DNA of 63,731 bases, filler included, from Octopus bimaculoides (lineage: Eukaryota): the NCBI RefSeq assembly GCF_001194135.2. It is 5 parts of 5 records of this genome, joined end to end, with 100 filler letters (N's around TTAATTAATTAA, not from the genome) between each part and the next. Parts side by side here need not be neighbours in the genome. Positions count along the whole stretch, not along the records: positions 32,930 to 59,916 come from NC_068987.1; positions 60,017 to 62,199 come from NC_068992.1; 3 more parts are not named here. One strand, 5' to 3'. The position numbers were made by a program, and so were the translations under genes. The notes under the pieces were generated by a model that was given only the letters and a program-made list of their open reading frames with translations, was not told the DNA's origin and searched no databases. Position 1 is the first letter of the stretch. Every line of letters starts with the position of its first letter. Positions 50,259-60,900 of this stretch are shown here, in pieces.

Positions 50259-51016
50259 TGACAGCATAAATATTGATGTCCGAATTGAAGTTCCTTTTAT
50301 TCCGTTTATGGGAAATTTGATGAGAACTTATTCGTCGTATGTTCAACGCATAAGAAAGTTTGCTCGTTACTACGTGGCTCGTTTCCTACAAAAGAGCTAT
50401 AAAGTCGAACAATCAATGTGATGACTTACAATTCGACTAACAATTTGTGGGATTGTCCACAACTTTTCTGTCCACAGCGTGATGATGTTAATCTCTTACC
50501 AATGTTTTCGGTAGAACTATACCATAGGTTCTCAAAGATGGCGCTACCACCTTTCGGTGGGCGTTGAGACGGTTCAGGTGGGCACTGTTGTCTAAGGGGT
50601 GATGCGAGGAAGGGGTGGTAGAGAAAAAGGAGGCATTGGGAAGAAGGCAGTGGATTGGGGGAAGGTATGAATTTATAATATTGTTATAGTATTGTATACA
50701 CATATCATTTTATATTAGATATAAAATAATTCATAGTATATATAAATTTGTGAAATCTAAAATATTTATTTATGCATAACAATAGGGGTGGGAAGCGATG
50801 AGCGTACTATGTGGCCATTAGGGGGCAGTGGCCCCACAATTTTGAGAACCTCTGAACTATTATATCACCGGGATTTAAAACATTTGTAATTTTTCTATCC
50901 TATAATTTTGTGGTTCGGTAGTCCTCGATATTGTCGATATCTGCAAACATTCAAAACGATGTCTGAGAGACATTAAGCATTCTTGTTCAGAGAAATGTAG
51001 CATGATTTGTTGGAGG

Positions 51017-51070
51017 CAGGGTTTTCTCGACATTCAGGGTTCTCTCGGTATTCAGGGTTTTCTCGATAAT
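51017..51070 (+). repeat. 18-bp tandem repeat x3 (CAGGGTTTTCTCGACATT)
   Basis: Units start at 51017, 51035 and 51053. Confidence 0.8.
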
Positions 51071-51718
51071 AAGACTGTTCTGGTTGTTATTACTGAGAAT
51101 AGTCTTAAATCTTTCTTTAATAAGATTTAAGTTAATAATGGACATGACTGAATGCGACGGATGGATTTAATATTTTGATTCCTTTCATCGACAAAGGACA
51201 GTAACAGTTGTATCCTAAGAATACTGCTATAACAGAAATGAAATAAAATCATAGTTATATTGGGAATAGACGTGGAAGAAGAATATCTTATATTTAAAAA
51301 AATATCCACACGCTATTTCTTGTTAGTCATAAAACGTCACTTCATCAATCTTAAGTACTACTCTGGACGAAGCATATTATGTCATTTACTGTGAATAAAG
51401 GAATGAATAAATGAATACTTAATTGATTAAAGTGATATTTCTTCGTACTGTTATCTCTTATTAATTATTTACTTGCTATTTAAAGATATATATTCGAATT
51501 TAAATAGAAAATCTTTTACAAGGCGAGCATGTGTTACATAATGGAAAAAAATGTTTAAGTCATTTCATGTTTCGCAGAAAATGCATAGGATGTACGACTC
51601 GTCTTCAACTACCATGCATTTATAAATACCCATTTCTATATGGATGACGTATATAAGTATACACATATATACATGCATACATATATGTATATATGCATAT
51701 TTTTACACATGCACACAC

Positions 51719-51875
51719 ACAAACGTTTCTGCTACGATTCAGTGCACGCTGCAAAATGTTGCACCTTGGCGTGCATTCTGGTGTTAATTGCCGCATCTTT
51801 TTTCCAAAATATTTGGGTTGGACTTATATTTAGTTCAGATGGAAGCTGAAATGCAGTTAATATTACCTAGAAGCA
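51719..51875 (+). repeat. Left arm of a 157-bp inverted repeat
   Basis: Reverse complement of 52729-52885; 3 mismatches counted by eye. Confidence 0.9.
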
Positions 51876-52728
51876 CACACATACATCTCCCTCCTTTACT
51901 CTCTCTCCCTTTGCTCACGCGTGACCATCGTCTATCTTTCTTTTCATCACGTGCTCATCTTTCTTTCATTTCAGGGCTGTCATACAGGCTAGACGCATCC
52001 TATCTACCTCTCTCTTCTATCATTTCTCTTGTCAAAGAAAATATTTCTCCAGCGTTCGTTATTTTACCCGCGTTCTGGTCTAACAACCCTACATGTTTGT
52101 TTTCGTTCAGTCTCCTTGTATGTCCCCACTGTCGTTCTTGTTCCCAACTTTGACCCTCCATAAATTCCAAATTTTATTTTGGTATTTATGGGAGTAACTG
52201 CCTTCGAAGGCTCATATTGTCGTTCAGTACCCAAAATGAGGAGTAGATAGGCAACCGACACATGACGAAAGGTCGTTCTGTATGTTACTTGTCCTATTTT
52301 TCATATGTTTCTCTCGTTGTGTGCGTATTCAACTCATTTGTTTTCATATTTCATGTTGTTTATTGTTTGTGATGTATTGTGCCGATATGTTCATATATAT
52401 ACACAGGTAAATTTGCAAATTTGGCTGGTAAGAACATACAATCTTATCGGGCACCGTATTTGCTTTTAGAGGTTGATAATACTGGCTAACCTCAGTGAGT
52501 ATAGAAACACTCTAATTAGTTTATTTCACTATTCTCAGTAGATCTTCACATTGGTGAACCCATATGTCTCTTCAGAGACTGCATGTTGTCGGTCGAGAAG
52601 ACACATATATCCAGTTTTATTCTGTAGTTAATCACATCTTACCATTCCTGTACCTAGATATCTTTCTACAGCAAATAAGTGAACACTGCAAAATTTTGAA
52701 TCTTGGCGTGTATTTTGGCGTTAATTGT

Positions 52729-52885
52729 TGCTTCTAGGTAATATTAACTGCATTTCAGCTTCCATCTGAACTAAATATAAGTCCAACCCAAATATTTTGA
52801 AAAAAAGATGCGGCAATTAACACCAGAATGCACGCCAAGGTGTAACATTTTGCAGCGTGCACTGAATCGCAGCAGAAACGTTTGT
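52729..52885 (-). repeat. Right arm of the 157-bp inverted repeat
   Basis: Paired coordinates sum to 104604. Preceded by a degenerate direct partial copy at about 52684-52735. Confidence 0.9.
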
Positions 52886-53023
52886 AGGTGCAGAAATGGA
52901 AAGACGTGATAACTGTAATTAAAACTGGATATATAAATCTCTGTCCTCCATATTATTAATATATATATATATATGTGTGTATGTGTGAGTGTGTGTTTGT
53001 TTTTGTGTGTGTAAAAAGGTGAG

Positions 53024-53284
53024 CCTAACAGGCCACCTTTCATGCTAAAAAGAGCAGTCAAATCCCAAACCACAGTTAAGAGTAATTTCGAAGGGAATGA
53101 AAAAAAAACATTTTCAATAGTTACCACATCTACCTAGGTTTTGAACATCAATAAACAAATAAAATAATTTGCCATCCGTGTTCTCATCAGCACCGGCGCT
53201 ACAATTAATATATATATATATATATATATATGGGACATTGCTGACAGCGTATGTTCCACCGAAATACGTTATAATTTTTCAAAT
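53024..53284 (-). repeat. Direct repeat copy 1 (LTR-like, carries a hammerhead)
   Basis: Collinear with 53489-53738, roughly 85-90% identical by eye. Confidence 0.9.
53117..53202 (-). ncRNA. Type I hammerhead ribozyme, probably inactivated copy
   Basis: Minus strand: ..GGTG CTGATGA GAACA..TGTTC AAAA CCTAGG TA GATG.. G12 is A (CpG decay; T at 53142), and two helix I pairs near the core, including the closing pair, are G-G. Confidence 0.7.
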
Positions 53285-53488
53285 CCACCGCCAAGCGCAG
53301 TTATAGTCGGCAGCAAATAAAGACGTGTGCTCGTATTCTTCAAAATTACGAAATTGCATTAAGAATATATACATAGGGTAGTAAAAGTAAAGAAATTTTC
53401 TTCGAGTCACCTAGCATGCATTAAAGAGTTAATAGATAACATATTTTTCATATAAATATAGTGTACATTTATATACAAAAGAGCTAAT

Positions 53489-53738
53489 CCTAACAGGCCA
53501 CCTTACATGCTAGAAAGAGCAGTCAAATCCCAAACCACGGTTAAGAATAATTTGGAAGAGGATGAAAAATAAAATCATTTTCAGTAGTTACCGCATGTAC
53601 CTAGGTTTCGAACATCAATGAACAAATAAAATAATTTGGCATCCGTGTTCTCATCAGCATGGGCGCTACAGTTAATATATATTTATGGGACATTGAAGAC
53701 AGCACATGTTCCATCTACATACATTATAATTTTCAAAT
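53489..53738 (-). repeat. Direct repeat copy 2 (LTR-like, carries a hammerhead)
   Basis: Collinear with 53024-53284; bounded by (TATG)n on the right. Confidence 0.9.
53584..53669 (-). ncRNA. Type I hammerhead ribozyme with intact core (predicted cleavage after GUA, between 53598 and 53597)
   Basis: Minus strand: GTAGCGCC-CATG-CTGATGA-GAACA-[cgGATGcCAAATtattttATTTGttCATTga]-TGTTC-GAAA-CCTAGG-TA-CATG-CGGTAACTAC. Helix I CATG/CATG plus CC/GG and GTAG/CTAC; helix II GAACA/TGTTC with extended hairpin; helix III ACC/GGT around TA (palindrome ACCTAGGT). Confidence 0.85.
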
Positions 53739-54631
53739 GTATATATGTATTTATGTATGTATGTATGTATGTATGTATGCATGTATGTATGCATGTATGT
53801 ATGTATTGAGTGTGATGTACAGAAATTGAATATCGAGGGGGAAAATGTCATCAGAATTTTGGAAAAAAATATCTTTTTTATTTCTTCATTATTATTAGCG
53901 CTTTCGTTCGTTATGCGAACTTGTCAAATAAAATTTTGTAAATGTACAAACAGCTTCTTCATTTATATAAAAGATATGTATTTTTTATAGTGTGGGGAAA
54001 AAGCAAACGTATTAATTGCTATGTAATAACACGTATGAATACTGATATTGCTTTACCTCTCCTAGTCTCGACTTTGATTTCTGCATAACCCTTGCTAGAA
54101 ATATAGCTTCTGAGATAAGTCAATCTATCTATGTGCTCGACTTCATCTCATCGGACATTAACAAGTTCTACTTAATCAACACAGATTGACACGATTTTAG
54201 TAATTTCAGCGTTAATCCGTAGCCTTGCTTTTGTCCTCAACGTGAATAGCCTGCACCGTATATATATCAGAACTTGCAAAATCCAAATCTGTCAATCTAT
54301 GTAGTACTCTAATTACACCAAAAATGGCGATACCCAGTTCCTAGTGCATTCTCATCATAAGGAATAGAAACGATAATTATTCGTTACTTCCATCAAATAA
54401 AGTAGTAACAGCCTATCATACCTCTCAATATATAATAGAATTATGCATTCGTTCAAAATGACAGTGAAAAGAAATTAATTTCATCTGTAACTTCAACTTC
54501 ATTATTTATACATTAGCCATTTCACATCTACCGAAAACAAATCAACGCTTCTACTGACGCGGTATTCACACACTTATTGAAATTAATAAAAACACTATTT
54601 ACAAATTGATGTACTTATACTTTACATATTA

Positions 54632-54752
54632 TTTTCTACTAGGCCCGAAATTTTGGGGGAGGGGGCCAGTCCATTAGATCGACGCCAGTACGCAACTAGT
54701 ACATAATTTTTCGACCCGGAAAGGATGAAAAGCAAAGTCGACCTTGGCGGAA
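54632..54752 (-). mobile_element. SINE family B, 5'-truncated
   Basis: TTTTCTACTAGGCCCGAAATTTTGGGGGAGGGGGCCAGTC...GAAAGGATGAAAAGCAAAGTCGACCTTGGCGGAA. Confidence 0.8.
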
Positions 54753-54832
54753 TGTTATAATTTACATATTAATATTCTTTTAATATTCTTGACTCGACTA
54801 CAAAGATTATATACAAAAAAATCGATGACACA

Positions 54833-54869
<37 letters not shown>

Positions 54870-55109
54870 NNNNNNNNNNNNNNNNNNNNNNNNNNNNNNN
54901 NNNNNNNNNNNNNNNNNNNNNNNNNNNNNNNNNNNNNNNNNNNNNNNNNNNNNNNNNNNNNNNNNNNNNNNNNNNNNNNNNNNNNNNNNNNNNNNNNNNN
55001 NNNNNNNNNNNNNNNNNNNNNNNNNNNNNNNNNNNNNNNNNNNNNNNNNNNNNNNNNNNNNNNNNNNNNNNNNNNNNNNNNNNNNNNNNNNNNNNNNNNN
55101 NTTCTTCAC

Positions 55110-55285
55110 TGCTGCTTCAAAAGCTGTGTTGGGGTGTTTACGTTCCCGTAAATTAGCGGTTTGTCAAAAGACTCTGGTGAAATGACTACCAAGCTTACAT
55201 AAAAAGAATTAGGATCTATTCATTCAACTAAAATTTCTCAAGCTCGTATCCCAGCATGGCTGCAGTTTAGTGACTGAGGTAAAAA
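55110..55285 (+). mobile_element. SINE family C, 3' half
   Basis: GTGTTTACGTTCCCGTAAATTAGCGGTT...CCCAGCATGGCTGCAGTTTAGTGACTGA. Confidence 0.65.
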
Positions 55286-55763
55286 AAAAATATGTGGGAA
55301 AAGAAAAGAAAATGTAACTATTAAGTTCATTTTTAACGATTATATTAACATTTATATAGGAAATAATTTTACGACTATAGGATTAACGTTATTGAATAGT
55401 GAAAAATTTTATCGACGTAACTATTAAAAGACTATTAAATTTACTTTTAAATAAATATCGTGCATAAAACATTGAACGAAGAGAAAATTAGAAGAAAACT
55501 TGTAAAATGTTTCTGAAGCACTGATTAAATGTTTACGCTATTTTTCAACAAGATAATGGTTTATTAACGCATTATTTAATGTAGATCTTCGGTAAATATT
55601 ATTGGTTATTTCTAGTGGCATACACTCTAACTGACGTGTTTCAAAAACTTAAGACTTTGCAATAAATATATAAAGAAAGCTTTTAAAGGAAACCTAACCA
55701 GTTCTCATGCATATTTCATCGCAACTTCCTCTTTTGGTAACATGAAAGTTTTCTTTTTTATGT

Positions 55764-55764
55764 A

Positions 55765-55820
<56 letters not shown>
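55764..55820. repeat. (TTA)n microsatellite
   Basis: About 18 units. Confidence 0.95.
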
Positions 55821-57399
55821 TTCTTTTTAAAATATTTAAGTATCGATTATAGTTTTACTTCGAATTCCCTGCAGAGAAAAACTATGACTTAACTATACCA
55901 ATTCTAAGGACATACATTACTTGCTAAATATATACTACTGAATACCAAGAAGAACAATGGAAGCGAAAAGTGAAAATAAATATCTTCACGTAGGATATAG
56001 AGGTTAGCAGGACTAGCCTCAGGAAGTATTGAGGCAAGAAAAAGGAAGAATTCTTTGAAAAACTAAATTAAAATTTCATTGTTTAATCATATGTGTGTGC
56101 TTGCATGAAACACACACACACGCACATATATACATGAGTGTGTTTACAGGAATGCACGTATAATTGTATTCGTGTGTATATATTTTTATATAGATGCATA
56201 TACACATACGCCCACACACGCCCACACACGCCCACACACGCCCACATACGAACCCCCACCACCCCACACACAAACACACACTCACACACATATATATATA
56301 CTTCTAATTGTTGTTTCTCTTGTCCGCCTTTGTGTCGTCTATCTGTCCGAACGTGTTAATGCCTCTACTGCGTTTTTGTTCCATTTATNNNNNNNNNNNN
56401 NNNNNNNNNNNNNNNNNNNNNNNNNNNNNNNNNNNNNNNNNNNNNNNNNNNNNNNNNNNNNNNNNNNNNNNNNNNNNNNNNNNNNNNNNNNNNNNNNNNN
56501 NNNNNNNNNNNNNNNNNNNNNNNNNNNNNNNNNNNNNNNNNNNNNNNNNNNNNNNNNNNNNNNNNNNNNNNNNNNNNNNNNNNNNNNNNNNNNNNNNNNN
56601 NNNNNNNNNNNNNNNNNNNNNNNNNNNNNNNNNNNNNNNNNNNNNNNNNNNNNNNNNNNNNNNNNNNNNNNNNNNNNNNNNNNNNNNNNNNNNNNNNNNN
56701 NNNNNNNNNNNNNNNNNNNNNNNNNNNNNNNNNNNNNNNNNNNNNNNNNNNNNNNNNNNNNNNNNNNNNNNNNNNNNNNNNNNNNNNNNNNNNNNNNNNN
56801 NNNNNNNNNNNNNNNNNNNNNNNNNNNNNNNNNNNNNNNNNNNNNNNNNNNNNNNNNNNNNNNNNNNNNNNNNNNNNNNNNNNNNNNNNNNNNNNNNNNN
56901 NNNNNNNNNNNNNNNNNNNNNNNNNNNNNNNNNNNNNNNNNNNNNNNNNNNNNNNNNNNNNNNNNNNNNNNNNNNNNNNNNNNNNNNNNNNNNNNNNNNN
57001 NNNNNNNNNNNNNNNNNNNNNNNNNNNNNNNNNNNNNNNNNNNNNNNNNNNNNNNNNNNNNNNNNNNCTAGTTCTGTTGCCGTGTGCGTATTTGCGTGTT
57101 TATATGTAAGCGGAGGTGTTCAATATTGCCAGTGTAGCCAATATGTTGAAACTGTCATTACGTGAAACTTTTACCATGTATTTTGATCAGTACATATAAA
57201 CATATTCATATATATAGCTCATATTTTAAAGCTGGTGTCTACAGTTGAGTTTTCCAGCTTAGTTTGATGTCTGAAATGTTGAAGTTTATTTATCAATAAT
57301 TTACATTTTTGTGTCTTCACAAAAGTCAATACTAATGTTTCAAATTTTGTATTGCAATTTTCTATTGATATGAAGTAAGAGTTCTCTGATGAGCAATGC

Positions 57400-58600
57400 T
57401 TTTCTTTTGCACTTTGTCTTCCGCAGAAATTGTCCCTGCTAGACATAACGCAGGGTTCTAGAACGATAAAACTCACACCGAGTGAACCTTGGATGTATGG
57501 ATTCAATGAGAGGAACACAAGTGGGCGATACTTGTGATATGGTAAGTTCCCGAATAAAGAAAAGATTCTCTGGGAACTGAATGCGCTTCAGCACAAATGT
57601 CTTATGTGATGAGAGTGTGGTAATACGAGGATAAAACAAAATCTTCTAGGCACAACTGTTTGTAGCATTGGCTTCGGACTTATCAGGCATACAGTTTTTG
57701 GATGGCTGCAATTTAACGGTTGTATGGTTTTGGTGCATCCAAAATTTGTGGCAACATAATGGAGGCTCATACTCTCACATTCGGATTGTAAGGTTGGGAA
57801 TCTTTTAGTTCAAGAGATTTACGAAATTGTTTTATCGTAAAACTTAACATCAACTGCATTCTGACCTTGAATGCATCTCTGAGATTGCGGTGGCATCTAT
57901 CTTTACCTTGCCCATATTATGCAGCACAATATCATTTGGACGTATGAACGCAGTGCTCAAGAACTGATAAGATAATTATCTCTATAAACGTGTGTGTCAC
58001 TAGAATAGAGTTTCTGTAGAATTTCCGAGGTGTTGCATTGATGTTTCGATATATTTGTAATATACTGACTTACTAAACACATTGCCATTGTACAGCAAGC
58101 TCAGAGTATTCTTAGAAACTAGGGTGCTGAGATTTGTTTAAGATGTGTAATTTTCGTGATATTAGAAACAGATAACTCGTTCTCATTTCTAAATATAAGA
58201 TGTTTTGATGTCTTGCAGTTATATTATTTGCAAGGAATGAAAGGCGTTATTGTATGGTTCCACATATGATATTAGTGTTACATCGGATAGTTAAGAGTTG
58301 TGAAAGAGACCTCCAATGCATATCGGTGACAACTGCGCATCCATCATTTAGACACAGGACTAGATTTGTGCAATTTCGAGCCGGATCTGAAAACGCAATT
58401 TAGTAGGTCAACTGTTAGCACTTTTATCGGATTCTAATATTAGGCCTCATAGAATACTCTTTGCCAAAATATTTCTATCGAAATGATTTTCCTTTTCTAC
58501 CATAGGCATGAAGAAAATGTATTCTTTTCGTGTCAGAAATACTCTGATACCTGTATAATTCGATTTCGTTTATGTGTGATTCATGTTGTTGGTCATGTTG
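57400..58600 (-). mobile_element. Helitron RepHel (Pif1-like) helicase fossil
   Basis: Minus strand, in order: IHFLHAYGRKGKSF (~FFLDAPGGTGKTF, Walker A, 58481-58519), ASIMLPQ (~RAILAPK), CLISPKPMLQTVV, FYPRITTLSSHKTFVLKRIQFPENLFF (~FIPRIPLIPSD.PF.FKRLQFPVRLAF), IHPRFTRCEFY (~PCFSHGQLY). Confidence 0.65.
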
Positions 58601-59039
58601 TAACGGTGAATACGATAAGAGACCCTTGCCTAATAAAACATTGATGATTAAGAATTGGAGTTGCATACTATACAGTAAAATCCACATAAGATCACTTGCA
58701 TCTACTGCAAAAAGCGGGCATTATTCCTTTCTTCGAGTGTTCATCATATATGGTTTCTATCATAATACCATAGTGAATATTTTAAATTTGCAAACATTCT
58801 TTCTCCTTTAACCGAGAGAATGGTAACACGACGTCTCTTAAAAGGCATTGTTCCAGTCTACATCGTGTTCCAACAACTATCGTTCTTCTCGTATGATTAA
58901 CTGTATCCTGTCAAGATTCATCAAAGAATTTTACTGTAAATATCGATATTAAATCATTCATACTAACTCCAGCATTATATCTAATAATATCAGGGACTTC
59001 CTAGTTAATCAAGAATATAGAGAGAGAGTATATATTAGT

Positions 59040-59245
59040 TTCCAATTTTGACACAGTCACAGCAAGTTCGGGGGAGGAAGTAAGTCGATTATATCGGCCC
59101 TAGTACTCAACTGGTACTTGTTTTATCGACGCCGAATGGTGGAGAAGTAATTCGATATGGGTGGAATTGCAACTGAGAACAAAAACTCGGTCGAAATGCC
59201 GCTAAGCACTTTGCCTGGCGTGTATTGATTCTGCCAGCTCATCAC
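59040..59245 (-). mobile_element. SINE family B
   Basis: GGGGAGGAAGTAAGTCGATT...CAACTGGTACTTGTTTTATCGAC...GAAATGCCGCTAAGCACTTTGCCTGGCG...TTCTGCCAGCTC. Confidence 0.8.
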
Positions 59246-59857
59246 CATACCGAGTGGATATATGTTTGTAAGCCGTTTTCATAGAAGCATCTCATTTAAA
59301 ATTAAAACATTTTACGCGATTTCAAAGAGCTTGCAACATGGGAAATGTATATCGTTTGCAATGTTTTGCATTAAATTTGCGTTTACTATGAAAAATAATC
59401 AGGTATCATATATGATAAACAGGACTTCCAACTTCCAATATGCCGAAATATTCAGATTTATAGACATCTGAACATGAATATTTAAGACCTAGACGCATTT
59501 TAAGTGTCAAGCAATTGCGAAATGCTCAATTTTGCATCGAAATAGAATTATACTGTTAACTTTAGAAGATATTATTTATTAAAGTTGAAAGTTGAAGTTG
59601 AATGACATCAGCATTGCAACTACGCACAAACACACTTAAGCGCATGCGCACATATACAAACACAAGCCCGCGCGCGCACGTATACACACGCGCACAAACA
59701 TACATGTAGCTACGCATATACTATATAATATATAACATATAATATATCTGTGTATTGAAAGAGAAAGACAGAAAGGGAGGGAAACAGAAAGCTTGAGAGA
59801 AAGCAAGGAATATATGTATGTATGTATGTATATTTATTTATTTATTTTGTATGTATG

Positions 59858-59895
<38 letters not shown>

Positions 59896-59916
59896 CGTAT
59901 ATATGTAAATACATAT

Positions 59917-60016
59917 NNNNNNNNNNNNNNNNNNNNNNNNNNNNNNNNNNNNNNNNNNNNTTAATTAATTAANNNNNNNNNNNNNNNNNNNNNNNNNNNN
60001 NNNNNNNNNNNNNNNN
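59917..60016. other. Artificial scaffold join 44N-TTAATTAATTAA-44N
   Basis: Same 100-bp linker. Confidence 0.9.
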
Positions 60017-60900
60017 TCAAAAAAAGTCTGATATGGGGCAAAATGAGTAATGATTAATTTTAATTATTTTCCTTTTTACTGCATAGTGCGTGAATGTATA
60101 GAGAAGAGTGCCACCCGAGCAGATCATGAAGAAGCTATTGAGAATATTTTATGTCGAGTTTCGTTAATTTCCATCATGGACACATTTTCTATGGTCCTCT
60201 TTCATTTGACCTAGATATTTCAAAAATTTGTTTACATTTCTTATCTTTCTGATGTCTAGGGATGGATATTGATGTCTACGAGTCTGTTTTCAAATGTAAT
60301 TCCGGAGAATTGAAGAGTGAATTCACCTTATCTTAGCTTATTCAGCGTCCGCGCTAGCTAGTCGTGAGTGGTCGATCCTATTATTTTTTAACTTCAAACT
60401 TCATTTGTTTTCTATTTTGATAAATTCTCTCTGTTGAAAATTATATTTTTATATTTTAAATAATTTGCAATTTCAGGAAATATGTTTTTATATTAAATTT
60501 GTGTTTTCTACTCACGACTAGCTAGCTCGGACGCGCGAACTTTCGAGTAATAGATAGATAGAGAGAGACAGACAGACAGATAACTCGCTCAGACCAGTCA
60601 TGGTATTAGCTGTCAGTAGCCAAAGAATCGACAGGCCAGCAACAGACAGACAGACAGACAGACAGATACTTCACTAGTAGTGAGCACTTTCACTTCTGAC
60701 AGCTAATAGCATGATAGTGCCCAAATTTGTCTTTTGTATGCTCAAAGGGAACGGTGATAATTTTCGGAAATGGTGTTTTGAATGTGTTATAGTGTTTTTA
60801 ACGCATTTTGGGAACGTCACTCGCTTAGCTATTATAATATCTATAAGGTAGTGAACATTTGTAAAGATTTTTTTTCCTCAAAGTCAAAAATACAGTAAAA
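60017..60900. mobile_element. Unclassified CpG-rich element with two internal inverted-repeat pairs and (GACA)n
   Basis: IR1 60345-60369 / 60510-60534 (24/25); IR2 60598-60616 / 60696-60714 (18/19) enclosing (GACA)n. Confidence 0.45.

Noticed and set aside
50488-50703. Possible Penelope C-terminus or pLTR
   Set aside because: GC-rich patch without convincing motifs.
52520-52600. Minus-strand CTGAAGA-GACAT...ATGT-GAAGATCTA hammerhead-like motif
   Set aside because: Needs two deletions repaired and helix I does not pair; too degenerate to call.
57427-57541. Apparent plus-strand exon with textbook acceptor (..TCTTCCGCAG) and donor (GTAAGT)
   Set aside because: All three frames contain a stop, and the opposite strand is explained by the Helitron helicase fossil. 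Non-coding exonisation cannot be excluded without RNA-seq.
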